Notes: a model not told the origin generated them from the sequence alone. A stretch of 64,000 bases of DNA from a candidate division FCPU426 bacterium (GCA_963719085.1 CAVRAL010000001.1:448001-512000), one strand, 5' to 3'; positions 40,201 to 49,931 are shown, counted from the stretch's first letter. Made by a program: numbers and translations.

Positions 40201-41383
40201 GACCGATCTGCTGCCTTCCAACGTGACTTTTGTTAAATTTTTAACGGGTAATCCGGCGGTGGCCGGCGTGACGCTTTTAAATGGGGGCGTAACCGAATTG
40301 GAATGGAACCTGTCCACTTTAAGTCCGGGTCAATACTCATTGGGCTATGAAACCCAGGTCAATAATTTCGTGACCGGCGGGAGCACCATCGTGAACCAGG
40401 CGGTTTTTGACTCTTCCAACCTGAGCCAACCCTTGACGGCGGTGGCCAAGGCGCTGGTTTCGGGAACCTACACGGTCAGTATCGATATTTATAACGGGGC
40501 CGGTGAAATCGTCAAAACCATCCCCATCCAACAATTCTCCGAGCCCGTTCAAAATATCGCCATTGGCAGCACGAATATCATCGGGAATTCCAGCAATCCG
40601 GTGACGATCTTCTTTGGCACTATCCCGATCGGGATTTGGGACGGGACGAATAACAACCAGGAGCCCGTCTTGAACGGCAATTACTACGTCAAGGTGGACA
40701 GCGTGGATCCCATGGGCAACTTGACCAGTGTCACTCAGATCGTGGCCGTCAGCCGGACGCTCTACACGATCACGGCCAATATCTACAATGAGGCCGGTGA
40801 AATTGTTAAGCACCTTCTCGCCTATTCCACCACCCCCGGGCAGGCCTTGATCACGGGGGCGACTTTGTCCACGCCGATTTTAAAACCCTCGGCGGATCCC
40901 TCGCCAGGCCAGCCCACGCAATTGACCATTACCCTGAATACGGGCGTGACCATGACCTGGGACGGGACTTCGGATTCGGGAAGCCTGGTACAAGGCGGAC
41001 AGTATTACATTGAAATCAGTTCCAACGACGGCAAGGGAAGCTCCAGCGAGTTGACCCAAACCATCGTGGTCACGGGAACCGGGTCCACGGGTATCACGAG
41101 CGTGGCCGCGTCCCCCAATGAATTAACTTTTGCCAATGGCACCACATCCACGACCTTTAAAGTGAAAGCTTCCATGCCGGTGTTCGTGGAGGCGATCATT
41201 TACACGGTGGCGGGCGAGAAGGTGGCCGTGGTCGGGAATGATCCCGCCAATCCAAACCAAAGTTTGCCGTGGGACGCCAGCAACCACGCCAGCGGCCTTT
41301 ACATCGCCGTGGTGACCGTGCGGGACGCGTCCTCCAACGGAATTATCGCCCACAAAACTTGCAAGTTCGTGATTCTTCGATAA
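37265..41383 (+). CDS. Large secreted DUF11/Ig-like protein with Thr-Pro stalk, two FlgD-like Ig domains and T9SS-like C-terminal domain
   Basis: Signal peptide ending ASA; K...PGDxxxY/F and TDxxP DUF11 motifs; IYNxAGEIVK...WDGT twice; SPN...IYTVAGE...SGLY...VILR. Confidence 0.75.
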   Translation: MNFKILKFNYSKNSFLGLLCALALGFMGASSASAQNITIISDSITPANPAPGQSFQLSVTYCNNQNTQSEWEVALSSAGTTVLACPTKNQVFLVDKNGVNVDESDPCAGASGCNMGWLMTPTDAQTSGSCVTFTHTWNLTMPNNAVYGGTYNLILGGGVYYEQCGATPQGGMEVTIPITVPVPATSILSTSKTAEGGNAAPGDLILFTVNYDFLNDTSGGTITDTVPAGVTMVEMGPGAPVGDSSSGVAPGSTLTWTVPGSGTEAEGQVWFLGRVSSTATAGTLISNTAKLALNGTGLTQNTNTATSTVGGSGFSLTKTQFPQANPLAAGQSILYGLSYVANGYSLQWYDSYDNDGNGTLGSGYDGTGYTDVPGQTTGGYTVATDSQGNHYLVATSTYSTSGGDYPLYLRGNGENLCAGTYVVEGDVQIPTTAPGASGASAGADASMVLAYGVNGGVTQAYMASISLDNGPGYLFEQVNNGTSYTSKGGLTSYPQPVTITAGVWYTIKAVMTVTAAGCMTLTQYVWDRNNPSLVDTYTYPQDCTFGANLCADKWQQGWQADATSGIDWYSNLKFEQADPIVNAKLWDTIPTGVTYTGENTTNSNSVPAPTFSNSGGALTWSFPATVYNLQGSVSWWGNVSCTGAAQTIINSFSMGAQGVSTALSNSVTAIVQCASPTPTPTPTVTNTITPTRTPTPTPTITPTSTPTPTRTPTPTPTITNTNTPTFTPTWTPTPTNTRTPTPTPTITPTMTPTNTPTMTPTKTPTITPIFTNTYTWTPTVTNTFTPTNTPTPTPTRTPTLSPTPTNTVTATWTPTWTPTPVPSATVTPTFTPTFTFTPTFTPTETNTITPTNTFTVTNTDTFTQTPVPSATDTFTFTVTNTPTFTFTWTQTFTPTPTNTPPFTPTNTFTPTWTSTFTNTFTPTTTFTPTPTPTQTPSPTPATSVLFTKKVNPTTVSGGGILTYTLNIDVQNSPSTNPVVTDLLPSNVTFVKFLTGNPAVAGVTLLNGGVTELEWNLSTLSPGQYSLGYETQVNNFVTGGSTIVNQAVFDSSNLSQPLTAVAKALVSGTYTVSIDIYNGAGEIVKTIPIQQFSEPVQNIAIGSTNIIGNSSNPVTIFFGTIPIGIWDGTNNNQEPVLNGNYYVKVDSVDPMGNLTSVTQIVAVSRTLYTITANIYNEAGEIVKHLLAYSTTPGQALITGATLSTPILKPSADPSPGQPTQLTITLNTGVTMTWDGTSDSGSLVQGGQYYIEISSNDGKGSSSELTQTIVVTGTGSTGITSVAASPNELTFANGTTSTTFKVKASMPVFVEAIIYTVAGEKVAVVGNDPANPNQSLPWDASNHASGLYIAVVTVRDASSNGIIAHKTCKFVILR
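39288..40092 (+). repeat. Hexamer-periodic (acNNNN)n coding repeat encoding ~270 aa of (Thr-X)n
   Basis: [19 protein letters not shown]...; similar tracts at ~35890-36620 and ~44244-44900. Confidence 0.9.
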
Positions 41384-41434
41384 AGGCCGTTTGATGAGTG
41401 ACGGTCATCTTAGGGTTCACGGATTAAAGCCATT

Positions 41435-44400
41435 TTGAAAAAACAAAAATTAAAATCGATTCAATTGTTCGTTTGGGCCGCCGGATTTTGTTTTTTCCTT
41501 TCAGCCGCCGACGCGGCCACCAATATCCCCTCGCAGGCCTGGAGCCGCGACATCAACGCCGGGGGCTATACGGATGGGGCGCCGATCGGCGGTTTTGGCG
41601 CGGGAACCATGACCTGGGATTTTTCGGGGAATTTTTATCTGGGCCGCCTCAACATCGCCACCGCGGCCGTCACCACGGGCAACGCCCCCTACGCGATTGA
41701 CGCCAACGCCCATTTCTATATGTACCAAAAACTTTCGGGCCAAGCCGCGGTCGAGAAAATGCTCAACGCCGCCACCTTGGGATCGGGGGAGGCCACCTAT
41801 TACTCCCTTTTTCCAAAAGCTTGGGTGGATTATTCCGGCCCGACTTTTCCCCTGGAAACCAAAGTCACCCAGTTCTCGCCGATCATTCCCGGGGATTACC
41901 AGCGAACCAGTTATCCTGAGGGGATTTATGAGTGGGACGTCACCAACAGTCAGGCGGTCTCCTGCGATTTCGCGGTGATGCTGACCTTTGACAATACCTT
42001 CGGCGGCACCAACGCGGCCGTCACGACCTCCGGAAGCAATGTGGGATTGGTATTAACCCGCAATACGGGCAACGCCTCCAGCCCCGCCCAGGGTGAGTTT
42101 TCTTTGGCGTCCCAAACCTCCACTGGCGTGACGGTGACCTATGAGTCGGCGGCGGCATTGACCACCCTTCAGACGGCTTTCGCGGCTTCGGGTAACCTGG
42201 CGGATACCACGGGCAACAACACGATCGGCGCGATCGCTTTTAAGGTGACCCTGGCGCCGGGTCAATCGGTGAAAATCCCAATTGTGCTGGCTTGGGATAT
42301 TCCGCAAGCTAAGCCCGGCACGGGAGCCGCTTGGTACCGCGAATACACGAAATACTATGGCGGCGTCGCCACCGGGCGCACCGGGTTTAATTCCGGGGCA
42401 ATCGCTTTTGACGCGCTCAATAATTACGCCACCTGGGAAGCTTCCATCGACAGCTGGCAATCGGGCATCCTCACGGGCAATTATCCCGACTGGCTCAAGC
42501 AAATGCTTTTCAACGAGCTTTACTATTATTTTACCGGCGGAACCATGTGGGAAGCGGGGCAGGTGGGCAGTACGGCTTTCGACGCCAAACCCAGCATGTT
42601 CAGCAGTTTGGAAAGCTACATTTATGATTTTTATGGGACATCGGACGTGCGTTTTTACGGCTCTTGGCCCTTGGCCTTGCTTTGGCCCAATATCGATAAA
42701 CAGGAAGTCCAGCAGTTTTGCGACAGCGTGACCACGGGCACCAGCTTGATCGGGGTGGCCCCGCTTTCGGCCGCCACCTGCGCCCATGACATCGGCGACG
42801 ATAACGGGGTCTTCACCGAATGGAACGCTTACGTCTACCGCGATTCCACCACTTGGAAAGATTTGAACTCGAAATTAGTGCTGATGGTTTACCGGGCCTG
42901 GGAATTGACGGGGAAGACCGACACGACTTTTCTCAATTATTGCTGGCCGGCGGTCCAGGCGGCCATGACCAAGGTCCACGGCGAGTGCGACGCCAACGGG
43001 CTGCCCTACTCCAACGGCATCGACCAAACTTATGATGACATGGGGCTGTATGGCGACACGGCTTATTGCGGAAGCTTGTTTTTAGCCGCTTGCGAGGCGG
43101 CCCAATCCATCGCCACGGCCGAAGGCAATAGCGCCTTGGCCACCACTTACGGAACCTGGCTGACGACGGGACAGACGGGATTCAATACCTTATGGAACGG
43201 AACTTATTACAACATTGATAACGGAGCCACCGACACGGCCCAAAACCGGATCATGGTGGATCAATTGGCCGGGGAATGGTATGCCAAAGCCTTGGGGCTT
43301 CCGGGAATCGTCAGTGACGCGAACGCCAACAGCGCTTGGCAGGTGATCCATGACAATAACTGGAAAAAATTCGATGGGGGCGCCCATGGCGCCGTGAATG
43401 TCATGACGGCGGCCGGCGCGATTGATACGACCTGGCCCCAAAGTCAGGAAGCCTGGGTGGGGGTGAGTTGGGGGGCGGCCGCGGGAATGATCCAACAGGG
43501 AATGTTCACCCAAGGCACGGATTTGGGCTATAGCCTTTACAACAGTATTTGGAATTTGGGGCAGTTCTGGTTTAGAACGCCTGAAGCCTGGGAGACCGGG
43601 CTCGCCAATTTCCGGGCCCCCTATTACATGCGGGCCAACGCCATTTGGGCCGTGAAGCACGCTTACGATATCGCCCCGCCGCCCTGCGGGCTTTTGACCT
43701 GCACGGCCACGCCCACCTTTAGCCCCACCCTCACCCAAACCCCCACCGCCACGGTCAATCCTTGCGCTTATATTTATGAGGCGGTGGATTGCGGTTCGGC
43801 GGCCCAGACGATTATCGGCGGCGTGACTTGGCTGGCGGATAAAGCCTATACGGCGAGCGGCTATGGTTATGTGACGGTGGGAACGACCGCCACCACGGCT
43901 ACCGCGATCACCGGTTCCGGCGCCCAACAGCCTATTTACCAAAGCGAGCGTTACGCCCCGACGTTGGAATATAAATTCACGGTCCCGAACGGGACTTATC
44001 AGGTGACGATTAAAAACGCCGAGCAATATTGGACGGCGCCGGGGAAGCGGGTCTTTAACGTGGCCATCAACGGCGTCACGGTTTTAAACAACTTGGATAT
44101 TTTTTCCCAAGTCGGCGAATTCGCGGCGGATGACCACACCTTCACGGTTTCGGTGACGGGAGGGCTCATTGACTTGGTGGAAGCGGCCAGCGCGGATAAC
44201 GCCGAATTGACCGGCGTTGAGATTGTCAGTGAGGCGCCTTGCTCTCCCACCCCTTCGCCTACTCAAACTTTCACCCCGAGCCCAACGGTTACGCCCACAC
44301 CCACCTGGACGGTGACTAAAACCATGACCATGACGCCCACGGTTTCACCGACCGCCTCCGCTAGCGCTACGGCGTCCGCTACCGCTTCGGCGTCCGCGAC

Positions 44401-45190
44401 TTCGACGCCGACCCTGACCGCTACAGTATCCGCCACGGCTACGATTACCCAGACGCCTCAGTTCTCGCCGACCGCGACCGCTACTTCGACCTTAACGGCG
44501 ACCCTGACCGCGACGGTTTCCGCTACCGGGACCCCTTCCATCACGGCGACTTCCGCCTTTTCGCCAACCGCCACCGTTTCCCCCACGAGGACAATGACCG
44601 CTTCGGCAACCGGCACTCCGTCATTGACGGCTACCCCCACGACGACCCCGTCCTTCACTAAGACGGTTACATTGACGGTGACGCCAAGCGCGACTAAAAC
44701 TCCAACCCTGATCCCCACCGCTTCCCCTACGGGAACAATGGCCGCTTCGGCGACGCCGACCGCTTTGGCGACAGCGACCCCTTCGCCGACGCTCACAATG
44801 ACGCCGATTCCTACCCAAACCGCCTCGGCCACCGCTTCCCCGACGCCCTTGCCGACGAATTCTCCCACGGGGACCCTGACAGCGACCCCGATCCCCACGA
44901 TGTCGTTCACCGATATATCGGCGCCTTATCCCAACCCCACTTCGGGCGGGCCGGTTACGATTCAATTGAATTTATCGGGGTCTTATCAAGTCAAGTGGGA
45001 CATTTTTACGACCGCTTTCAGGAGAATCGCGGGCCAAAGCAGCAATTCCTTGCCGGGGAATACTTTGATTTGGAATTTAAAGGACCCGGAAGGCCAGGAA
45101 GCGGCCAATGGCATTTATTATTGGCGAGTTGAATTAAAAGACGCCGGCGGCAGTCACACCCGTCTGGTCAAGATTCTTGTCCTGCGATAA
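41435..45190 (+). CDS. Secreted GH116 beta-glucosidase + malectin domain + Thr-rich stalk + T9SS-like C-terminal domain
   Basis: GAPIGGFGAG, LFNELY, SLESYIY..YGTSDV, HDIG, WKDLNSK, DQTYD, FRTPEAW, YMRA; malectin YQSERY..GKRVFNV; PYPNP...LVLR. Confidence 0.88.
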   Translation: MKKQKLKSIQLFVWAAGFCFFLSAADAATNIPSQAWSRDINAGGYTDGAPIGGFGAGTMTWDFSGNFYLGRLNIATAAVTTGNAPYAIDANAHFYMYQKLSGQAAVEKMLNAATLGSGEATYYSLFPKAWVDYSGPTFPLETKVTQFSPIIPGDYQRTSYPEGIYEWDVTNSQAVSCDFAVMLTFDNTFGGTNAAVTTSGSNVGLVLTRNTGNASSPAQGEFSLASQTSTGVTVTYESAAALTTLQTAFAASGNLADTTGNNTIGAIAFKVTLAPGQSVKIPIVLAWDIPQAKPGTGAAWYREYTKYYGGVATGRTGFNSGAIAFDALNNYATWEASIDSWQSGILTGNYPDWLKQMLFNELYYYFTGGTMWEAGQVGSTAFDAKPSMFSSLESYIYDFYGTSDVRFYGSWPLALLWPNIDKQEVQQFCDSVTTGTSLIGVAPLSAATCAHDIGDDNGVFTEWNAYVYRDSTTWKDLNSKLVLMVYRAWELTGKTDTTFLNYCWPAVQAAMTKVHGECDANGLPYSNGIDQTYDDMGLYGDTAYCGSLFLAACEAAQSIATAEGNSALATTYGTWLTTGQTGFNTLWNGTYYNIDNGATDTAQNRIMVDQLAGEWYAKALGLPGIVSDANANSAWQVIHDNNWKKFDGGAHGAVNVMTAAGAIDTTWPQSQEAWVGVSWGAAAGMIQQGMFTQGTDLGYSLYNSIWNLGQFWFRTPEAWETGLANFRAPYYMRANAIWAVKHAYDIAPPPCGLLTCTATPTFSPTLTQTPTATVNPCAYIYEAVDCGSAAQTIIGGVTWLADKAYTASGYGYVTVGTTATTATAITGSGAQQPIYQSERYAPTLEYKFTVPNGTYQVTIKNAEQYWTAPGKRVFNVAINGVTVLNNLDIFSQVGEFAADDHTFTVSVTGGLIDLVEAASADNAELTGVEIVSEAPCSPTPSPTQTFTPSPTVTPTPTWTVTKTMTMTPTVSPTASASATASATASASATSTPTLTATVSATATITQTPQFSPTATATSTLTATLTATVSATGTPSITATSAFSPTATVSPTRTMTASATGTPSLTATPTTTPSFTKTVTLTVTPSATKTPTLIPTASPTGTMAASATPTALATATPSPTLTMTPIPTQTASATASPTPLPTNSPTGTLTATPIPTMSFTDISAPYPNPTSGGPVTIQLNLSGSYQVKWDIFTTAFRRIAGQSSNSLPGNTLIWNLKDPEGQEAANGIYYWRVELKDAGGSHTRLVKILVLR

Positions 45191-45227
45191 TTTTTTCACC
45201 GGATGAATTTGACGATATAATAAGCCA

Positions 45228-46250
45228 ATGACCACCCACTCCTCTCCTTTGCGCGTTGGTGTAATCGGCTTAGGCCAAATCGCCCTGAAGGCCCATTTGC
45301 CCGGATACGAAAAAGCCGAAGGCTGCCGCCTTACGGCCCTCTATTCTTCCCGCGAAAACGTCGCCCAAAAAGTGGCGGTTCAGTATGGAATCCCCACTAT
45401 TTTCACCGATTGGAAAAAACTTCTGGCCTCTCCCGAGGTGGACGCGGTCTCCATTTGTACCCCCAATTTCACCCACGCCCCGATTACTTTGGAAGCTTTA
45501 AAAAGGGGAAAGCATGTTTTAGTGGAAAAGCCCATCGCCATTTCAACGCGGGACGCGGAGGCCATGATCCGCTTGGCGGGTAAAAAAAGACGGGTCCTGA
45601 TACCGCACCATAATATGCGGTTTGACCCGGCGGTCCGCACCGCGCGCAAACTCCTCGCGAAGGGAACCATCGGGAATGTTTTCGCTTTCGCTTGTTCCTT
45701 GGCCCATCCGGGCCCCCAAATCTGGAACCCGAACTCCAAATGGTTTTTTAACATCAAATCGGTTGGGGGCGGGGCTTTGATGGATTTGGGCGCCCACATG
45801 TTCGACAGCCTTCGATTTTTGCTTCGGGAGGACCCCAGCGAAATTCACGCCACCGTCCCCAAGTCGGAAAAAGGGAAGGGCGGTGAATCCCATTGCGCCT
45901 GCCTTTTAAAATTCAAGGGCGGCTCCGTGGGAACCATGACCTTGAGCTGGGCCGACACGGATTATCACAACCGTTTTTATTTTTTCGGGTCCAAGGGAAC
46001 CTTGTTCCTGAATTTGGGCAATGGGGAACCTTTGGTTTTGGAACTGAGAAAAGGCTCGGGGCGATTTTTGCCGCCTTTGGCCAAGGACGCTTTTAAACCC
46101 TCCATCTACCAACACTTCGTGGATTGCGCCGTGACCGGGCAAAAGCCTTCGGTCACGGCGGGGGATGGGCTTCGGGCGCTTCAAGTCATTCAGGCCGGTT
46201 ATGAATCCATCCGCCGAGGAATTCCCGTTTCCACCCGGTTTTTAGACTGA
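45228..46250 (+). CDS. Gfo/Idh/MocA-family oxidoreductase
   Basis: GVIGLGQIA, CTPNFTH, VEKP, GGGALMDLGAH. Confidence 0.92.
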   Translation: MTTHSSPLRVGVIGLGQIALKAHLPGYEKAEGCRLTALYSSRENVAQKVAVQYGIPTIFTDWKKLLASPEVDAVSICTPNFTHAPITLEALKRGKHVLVEKPIAISTRDAEAMIRLAGKKRRVLIPHHNMRFDPAVRTARKLLAKGTIGNVFAFACSLAHPGPQIWNPNSKWFFNIKSVGGGALMDLGAHMFDSLRFLLREDPSEIHATVPKSEKGKGGESHCACLLKFKGGSVGTMTLSWADTDYHNRFYFFGSKGTLFLNLGNGEPLVLELRKGSGRFLPPLAKDAFKPSIYQHFVDCAVTGQKPSVTAGDGLRALQVIQAGYESIRRGIPVSTRFLD

Positions 46251-46252
46251 AA

Positions 46253-47596
46253 ATGACCGGTGGTTTTTGCCGCAAGACCGCGGTTTTTCAAGCCGGTTTC
46301 TGGCTGCTATTGAGCCTATTTCAGTTAGGGGCCCAATCCGAGCCCGCTCCCGAGGCTCAAGCGGATTTGCTGGCGAAGGCCGACTCGGTTTTGGAGGAGG
46401 TCTCCCGGCTCAGCGGCCTTCCCATCCACGACAATGTTTCCATCGAATTTAAGGACCGGGATTTTTTTGAGAACTATTACGCGCTCCGCCTTCAAGCCCA
46501 ATATCCCCCGGCCCGCCAAGCGGCGGTCGAAAAGGCCTATGTCTTACTGGGCTTTTTGAGGCCGGGCGAGGATTTAATCCAAACTTATTTGGACTCTTTC
46601 TTGAAATCAGTTCAAGGCTATTACGATCCGGACCAGAAGACCTTGGTTTTGGCCGATTGGGCGGATCCCCAAAGCCAAGAAATGACCATGGCCCATGAGT
46701 TGACCCACGCCTTACAAGACCAGTCTTTTCCCCTCAACGCCTATTTTGCCCAGGTCCCGAATGAAACCATGGATTCCCAATTCGCCCAAAGCAGTCTAGT
46801 GGAGGGACAGGCCGTCCTGGTGGCGGCTGAGTATTGGACGCGAAGAAATAGCGAGCCCTTTATCCGTCCTTCGGGGGTGATTGAGCTGGCGGATCCGAGG
46901 TCCCTGGGTAAATCGACGGATGACTCGACTTTGGAGACTATGAGCGCTAAAGGCGCGATTGATTTTCCCTATGTCTACGGTCCGGTTTTTTTTAAGGCTT
47001 GTTTGAAGGGACGGGACAAAAAAGATTTAAGCCGGCTTTTTAAAGATCCGCCCACCACGACCCAACAAATTATGCATCCGGAAGATTTTGTTTCCGGGCG
47101 GCGGGAATCGGAATGGCGGGAGCCCGCCGAATGGGGACGGCCCACCCTCGAGGGTTATTCCAAGTTCTGGGAAGACTCAATGGGGGAATACGGACTTTTT
47201 CTGGTTTTGCGCCAATATCTGGATGACGACGAGGCTTGGAAAGCGGTCGAAGGCTGGAGGGGCGACCGGTTGCGGGCTTATGAAAATCCGGAAAATGAGA
47301 AAAAGGTTTTGGTGGGCAGCGTTTTGATGAAAGACGCGGCTTCGGCGGGGTTGTTTTTTAAATCGTACGGAAAACTTCTGGCCCGCAAGTACGGAAAATT
47401 TAAAGAAACAAATTCGGGCGAATGGGTGGATGGCTTCGATTTGTCCCCGGGCGGGAATCGGGTTTATTTGGAGCGGTTTGGCCGACAAATTATTTTCGCC
47501 GAAGGAATCCCCGCCGCGGATACTCCGGCGGTCCGTCGAGCGCTTTTGAACTTGAAGGCGCCCCCGGATCCAAGCTCCAAGGCCGGGGCGGATTAA
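46253..47596 (+). CDS. Secreted zincin-like metallopeptidase
   Basis: Signal peptide; GYYDP; HELTHALQDQ (HExxH); downstream EG; FPY..G. Confidence 0.65.
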   Translation: MTGGFCRKTAVFQAGFWLLLSLFQLGAQSEPAPEAQADLLAKADSVLEEVSRLSGLPIHDNVSIEFKDRDFFENYYALRLQAQYPPARQAAVEKAYVLLGFLRPGEDLIQTYLDSFLKSVQGYYDPDQKTLVLADWADPQSQEMTMAHELTHALQDQSFPLNAYFAQVPNETMDSQFAQSSLVEGQAVLVAAEYWTRRNSEPFIRPSGVIELADPRSLGKSTDDSTLETMSAKGAIDFPYVYGPVFFKACLKGRDKKDLSRLFKDPPTTTQQIMHPEDFVSGRRESEWREPAEWGRPTLEGYSKFWEDSMGEYGLFLVLRQYLDDDEAWKAVEGWRGDRLRAYENPENEKKVLVGSVLMKDAASAGLFFKSYGKLLARKYGKFKETNSGEWVDGFDLSPGGNRVYLERFGRQIIFAEGIPAADTPAVRRALLNLKAPPDPSSKAGAD

Positions 47597-47617
47597 TGGG
47601 ATGCCGCGGCCGGGCCG

Positions 47618-47646
47618 TTGACAGTGGGTGAGGGGGCTCCTAAACT
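47618..47646 (+). promoter_or_regulatory. Sigma70-type promoter of trxA
   Basis: TTGACA-17nt-TAAACT. Confidence 0.55.
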
Positions 47647-47717
47647 TAATGAGCTTGACGAAAAGGCTGTAACCTTTTGGATCTAAAATCCTTATTGATA
47701 ACTAACCGGAGGCGGTC

Positions 47718-48047
47718 ATGGGCGATACTTTAAAAACAACGGATGCCAGTTTTAAACAGGATGTTTTGCAATCCCCGCTTCCCGTTTTGGTCGACTTTTG
47801 GGCCGAGTGGTGCGGGCCCTGCAAAATGGTGGGACCGGTCTTGGACGAACTGGCCAAGGAATATAACGGGAAAATCAGGATCGCCAAGGTCAATGTGGAT
47901 GAAAATCAGCAGGTCTCCGTGGATTTCCACATTCGAAGCATTCCCACCCTGCTTTTTTTCAAGAACGGCCAAATGGTGAAGCAGCTGATCGGCGCGCATC
48001 CCAAAAGTAAATTGATCAATGAAATCCAGGAAGTCATCGGAGCGTAA
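47718..48047 (+). CDS. trxA: Thioredoxin
   Basis: VDFWAEWCGPC, SIPTL; GGAGG RBS. Confidence 0.96.
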   Translation: MGDTLKTTDASFKQDVLQSPLPVLVDFWAEWCGPCKMVGPVLDELAKEYNGKIRIAKVNVDENQQVSVDFHIRSIPTLLFFKNGQMVKQLIGAHPKSKLINEIQEVIGA

Positions 48048-48048
48048 A

Positions 48049-48489
48049 ATGAAAGGGAGCCCTCGATTAACGGCGGTTTTATTACTGGGCTTGGCCTGGG
48101 TTTATTTGGGATTGGGACAACTGCGGGCGACCACGGTGTCTCCGGTTCAAATCACCCCGGACAATTTTAAAACCGAGGTTTTGAAATCCAAGTTGCCGGT
48201 GATGGTGGACGTGGGCGCGACTTGGTGCGGGCCCTGCCATTTGCTGGCCCCCACGGTTGAGAAAATGTCGGGTGTTTACGCTGGGAAATTGAAGGTCGCC
48301 GACATGGACGCCGATCAAAATTCTGATTTAGTCGGGCAGCTGGGGGTTCAGGCTTTTCCCACCCTGCTGTTCTTTAAAAATGGGAAAGTCGTTAAAACGC
48401 TGATCGGACTCCAAACGGAAAAAGATTTGAGACTGGAAATCGACCACTTCCTGAAATCGGCCCAAAAAGCGCCTGTTCAGCCTTCTTAA
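48049..48489 (+). CDS. Thioredoxin paralog with N-terminal signal peptide
   Basis: MKGSPRLTAVLLLGLAWVYLGLGQLRA followed by ATWCGPC, FPTLLFFKNG. Confidence 0.85.
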   Translation: MKGSPRLTAVLLLGLAWVYLGLGQLRATTVSPVQITPDNFKTEVLKSKLPVMVDVGATWCGPCHLLAPTVEKMSGVYAGKLKVADMDADQNSDLVGQLGVQAFPTLLFFKNGKVVKTLIGLQTEKDLRLEIDHFLKSAQKAPVQPS

Positions 48490-48514
48490 AAGCCCCGTCC
48501 GGGGCCCAAATGCA

Positions 48515-48544
48515 TTGACAGCTTTTTATCGTTTTTTCTATACT
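48515..48544 (+). promoter_or_regulatory. Sigma70-type promoter of secDF
   Basis: TTGACA-18nt-TATACT. Confidence 0.55.
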
Positions 48545-48616
48545 GCCCTCCGCTTGTTCCTCGGTTTTCCTTAGTTTTTCGTTCCATCGCACTCTCTTGA
48601 TGACGAAAGGTTTTTT

Positions 48617-49915
48617 GTGACTCTTCAAAGATTCATCGCTTGTGTGGTCCTTCTTTTGGTTTTGGCCTCCGTGTATTACGTCTATCCCCCCTCCCAAAAA
48701 CTGAAATTAGGTTTGGATATCAAGGGCGGCTTGGACATGAACCTGGAAGTGGATACGGATAAGATGCCGGGCAAGACCCAGGCTGAAATCTCGGACGCGG
48801 CGGACCGGGCGCTGGAGATTCTGCGCAACCGCGTGGACGGTTTGGGTGTGAGCGAACCGGTTTTGGAGCGGGAAGGGCCTTCGGGCATCGTCATCCAACT
48901 GCCGGGACTCAGCGACGTTCAGCGGGCGAAAGACATCCTTTTGTCGACAGCGCTTTTAGAGTTCCGTTTGGTTTCCACCGAGGACATCTCTCAATACAAA
49001 AAAGACGGGAAAGTGGACGAGAAGCTTTTGCCCAAGGGCGTCTATTACATGCAGGGCAAGGATAATCAGGATTATTTGGTGGAGGAGCCCCTTTTAACCG
49101 GGGACTCTTTGGTGGACGCCAATGTCCAACCGGATCAATACGGCCGTCCGATTGTTGAGTTTAAGCTCAACGACGCCGGGGGCAAAAAGTTCGGAATCTT
49201 GACAGGCGATAACATTCACCGTCAATTGGCCATTATTTTGGATCAACGGGTTTATTCGGCTCCGACCATTCAAGGCCGCATTCCGGGCGGCTCGGGGATT
49301 ATTACGGGTAGTTTCACCGACGAGGAAGCCAGGGACCTGGCCTTGGTTTTAAGGGCGGGCGCCTTGCCGGCGCCTTTAAAGATAACCAGCCAGTTTGAGG
49401 TGGGTCCGACGTTGGGGGCTGATTCGGTTAAAAAGGGGACCTGGGCGGCGATTTACGGTTTGATTTTGGTTCTTCTTTTTATGGGTATCTATTACGGTCT
49501 TTCCGGATGGATCGCCAATGTGGGGCTTCTCATCAATATGCTTTTCCTTTTGGCCTGCCTGGCGGGCCTTCAAGCGACCCTGACTTTGCCCGGCATCGCC
49601 GGCATCATTCTTACCCTGGGCCTTTCGGTGGATTCCAACGTCCTGATTTTCGAGCGAATCCGGGAAGAATTGCGCTTGGGCAAGACCATTCGGGCGGCCA
49701 TTGAGGCCGGTTACCACCGGGCCCTGGTCGCCATTATCGATACGCACGTGACCACTTTGATTTCCGCCGCCGTTTTGTTCCAGTTCGGAACCGGCCCCAT
49801 CAAGGGATTCGCCGTGACCTTAAGCCTCGGCGTTGCCTTGAGCTTGTTCACGGCGGTCGTGATCACCAAGATGATCTTTGACGCCCGTAAAAATTATAAA
49901 AGCCTCAGCATCTAA
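48617..49915 (+). CDS. secD: Protein translocase subunit SecD
   Basis: LGLDIKGG, RVDGLGVSEP, RAGALPAP, VDSNVLIFERIREE, GPIKGFA. Confidence 0.96.
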   Translation: MTLQRFIACVVLLLVLASVYYVYPPSQKLKLGLDIKGGLDMNLEVDTDKMPGKTQAEISDAADRALEILRNRVDGLGVSEPVLEREGPSGIVIQLPGLSDVQRAKDILLSTALLEFRLVSTEDISQYKKDGKVDEKLLPKGVYYMQGKDNQDYLVEEPLLTGDSLVDANVQPDQYGRPIVEFKLNDAGGKKFGILTGDNIHRQLAIILDQRVYSAPTIQGRIPGGSGIITGSFTDEEARDLALVLRAGALPAPLKITSQFEVGPTLGADSVKKGTWAAIYGLILVLLFMGIYYGLSGWIANVGLLINMLFLLACLAGLQATLTLPGIAGIILTLGLSVDSNVLIFERIREELRLGKTIRAAIEAGYHRALVAIIDTHVTTLISAAVLFQFGTGPIKGFAVTLSLGVALSLFTAVVITKMIFDARKNYKSLSI

Positions 49916-49931
49916 TTAAGAAAGGCCTAAA

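Noticed and set aside
35750..44965. Antisense ORFs rich in VGVGV/VAVAV (35750-36454, 39142-39576, 39583-39846, 39853-40125, 44458-44910) and alternative-frame His/Asp/Arg-rich ORFs
   Set aside because: Stop-free shadows of the (Thr-X)n coding repeats on the + strand
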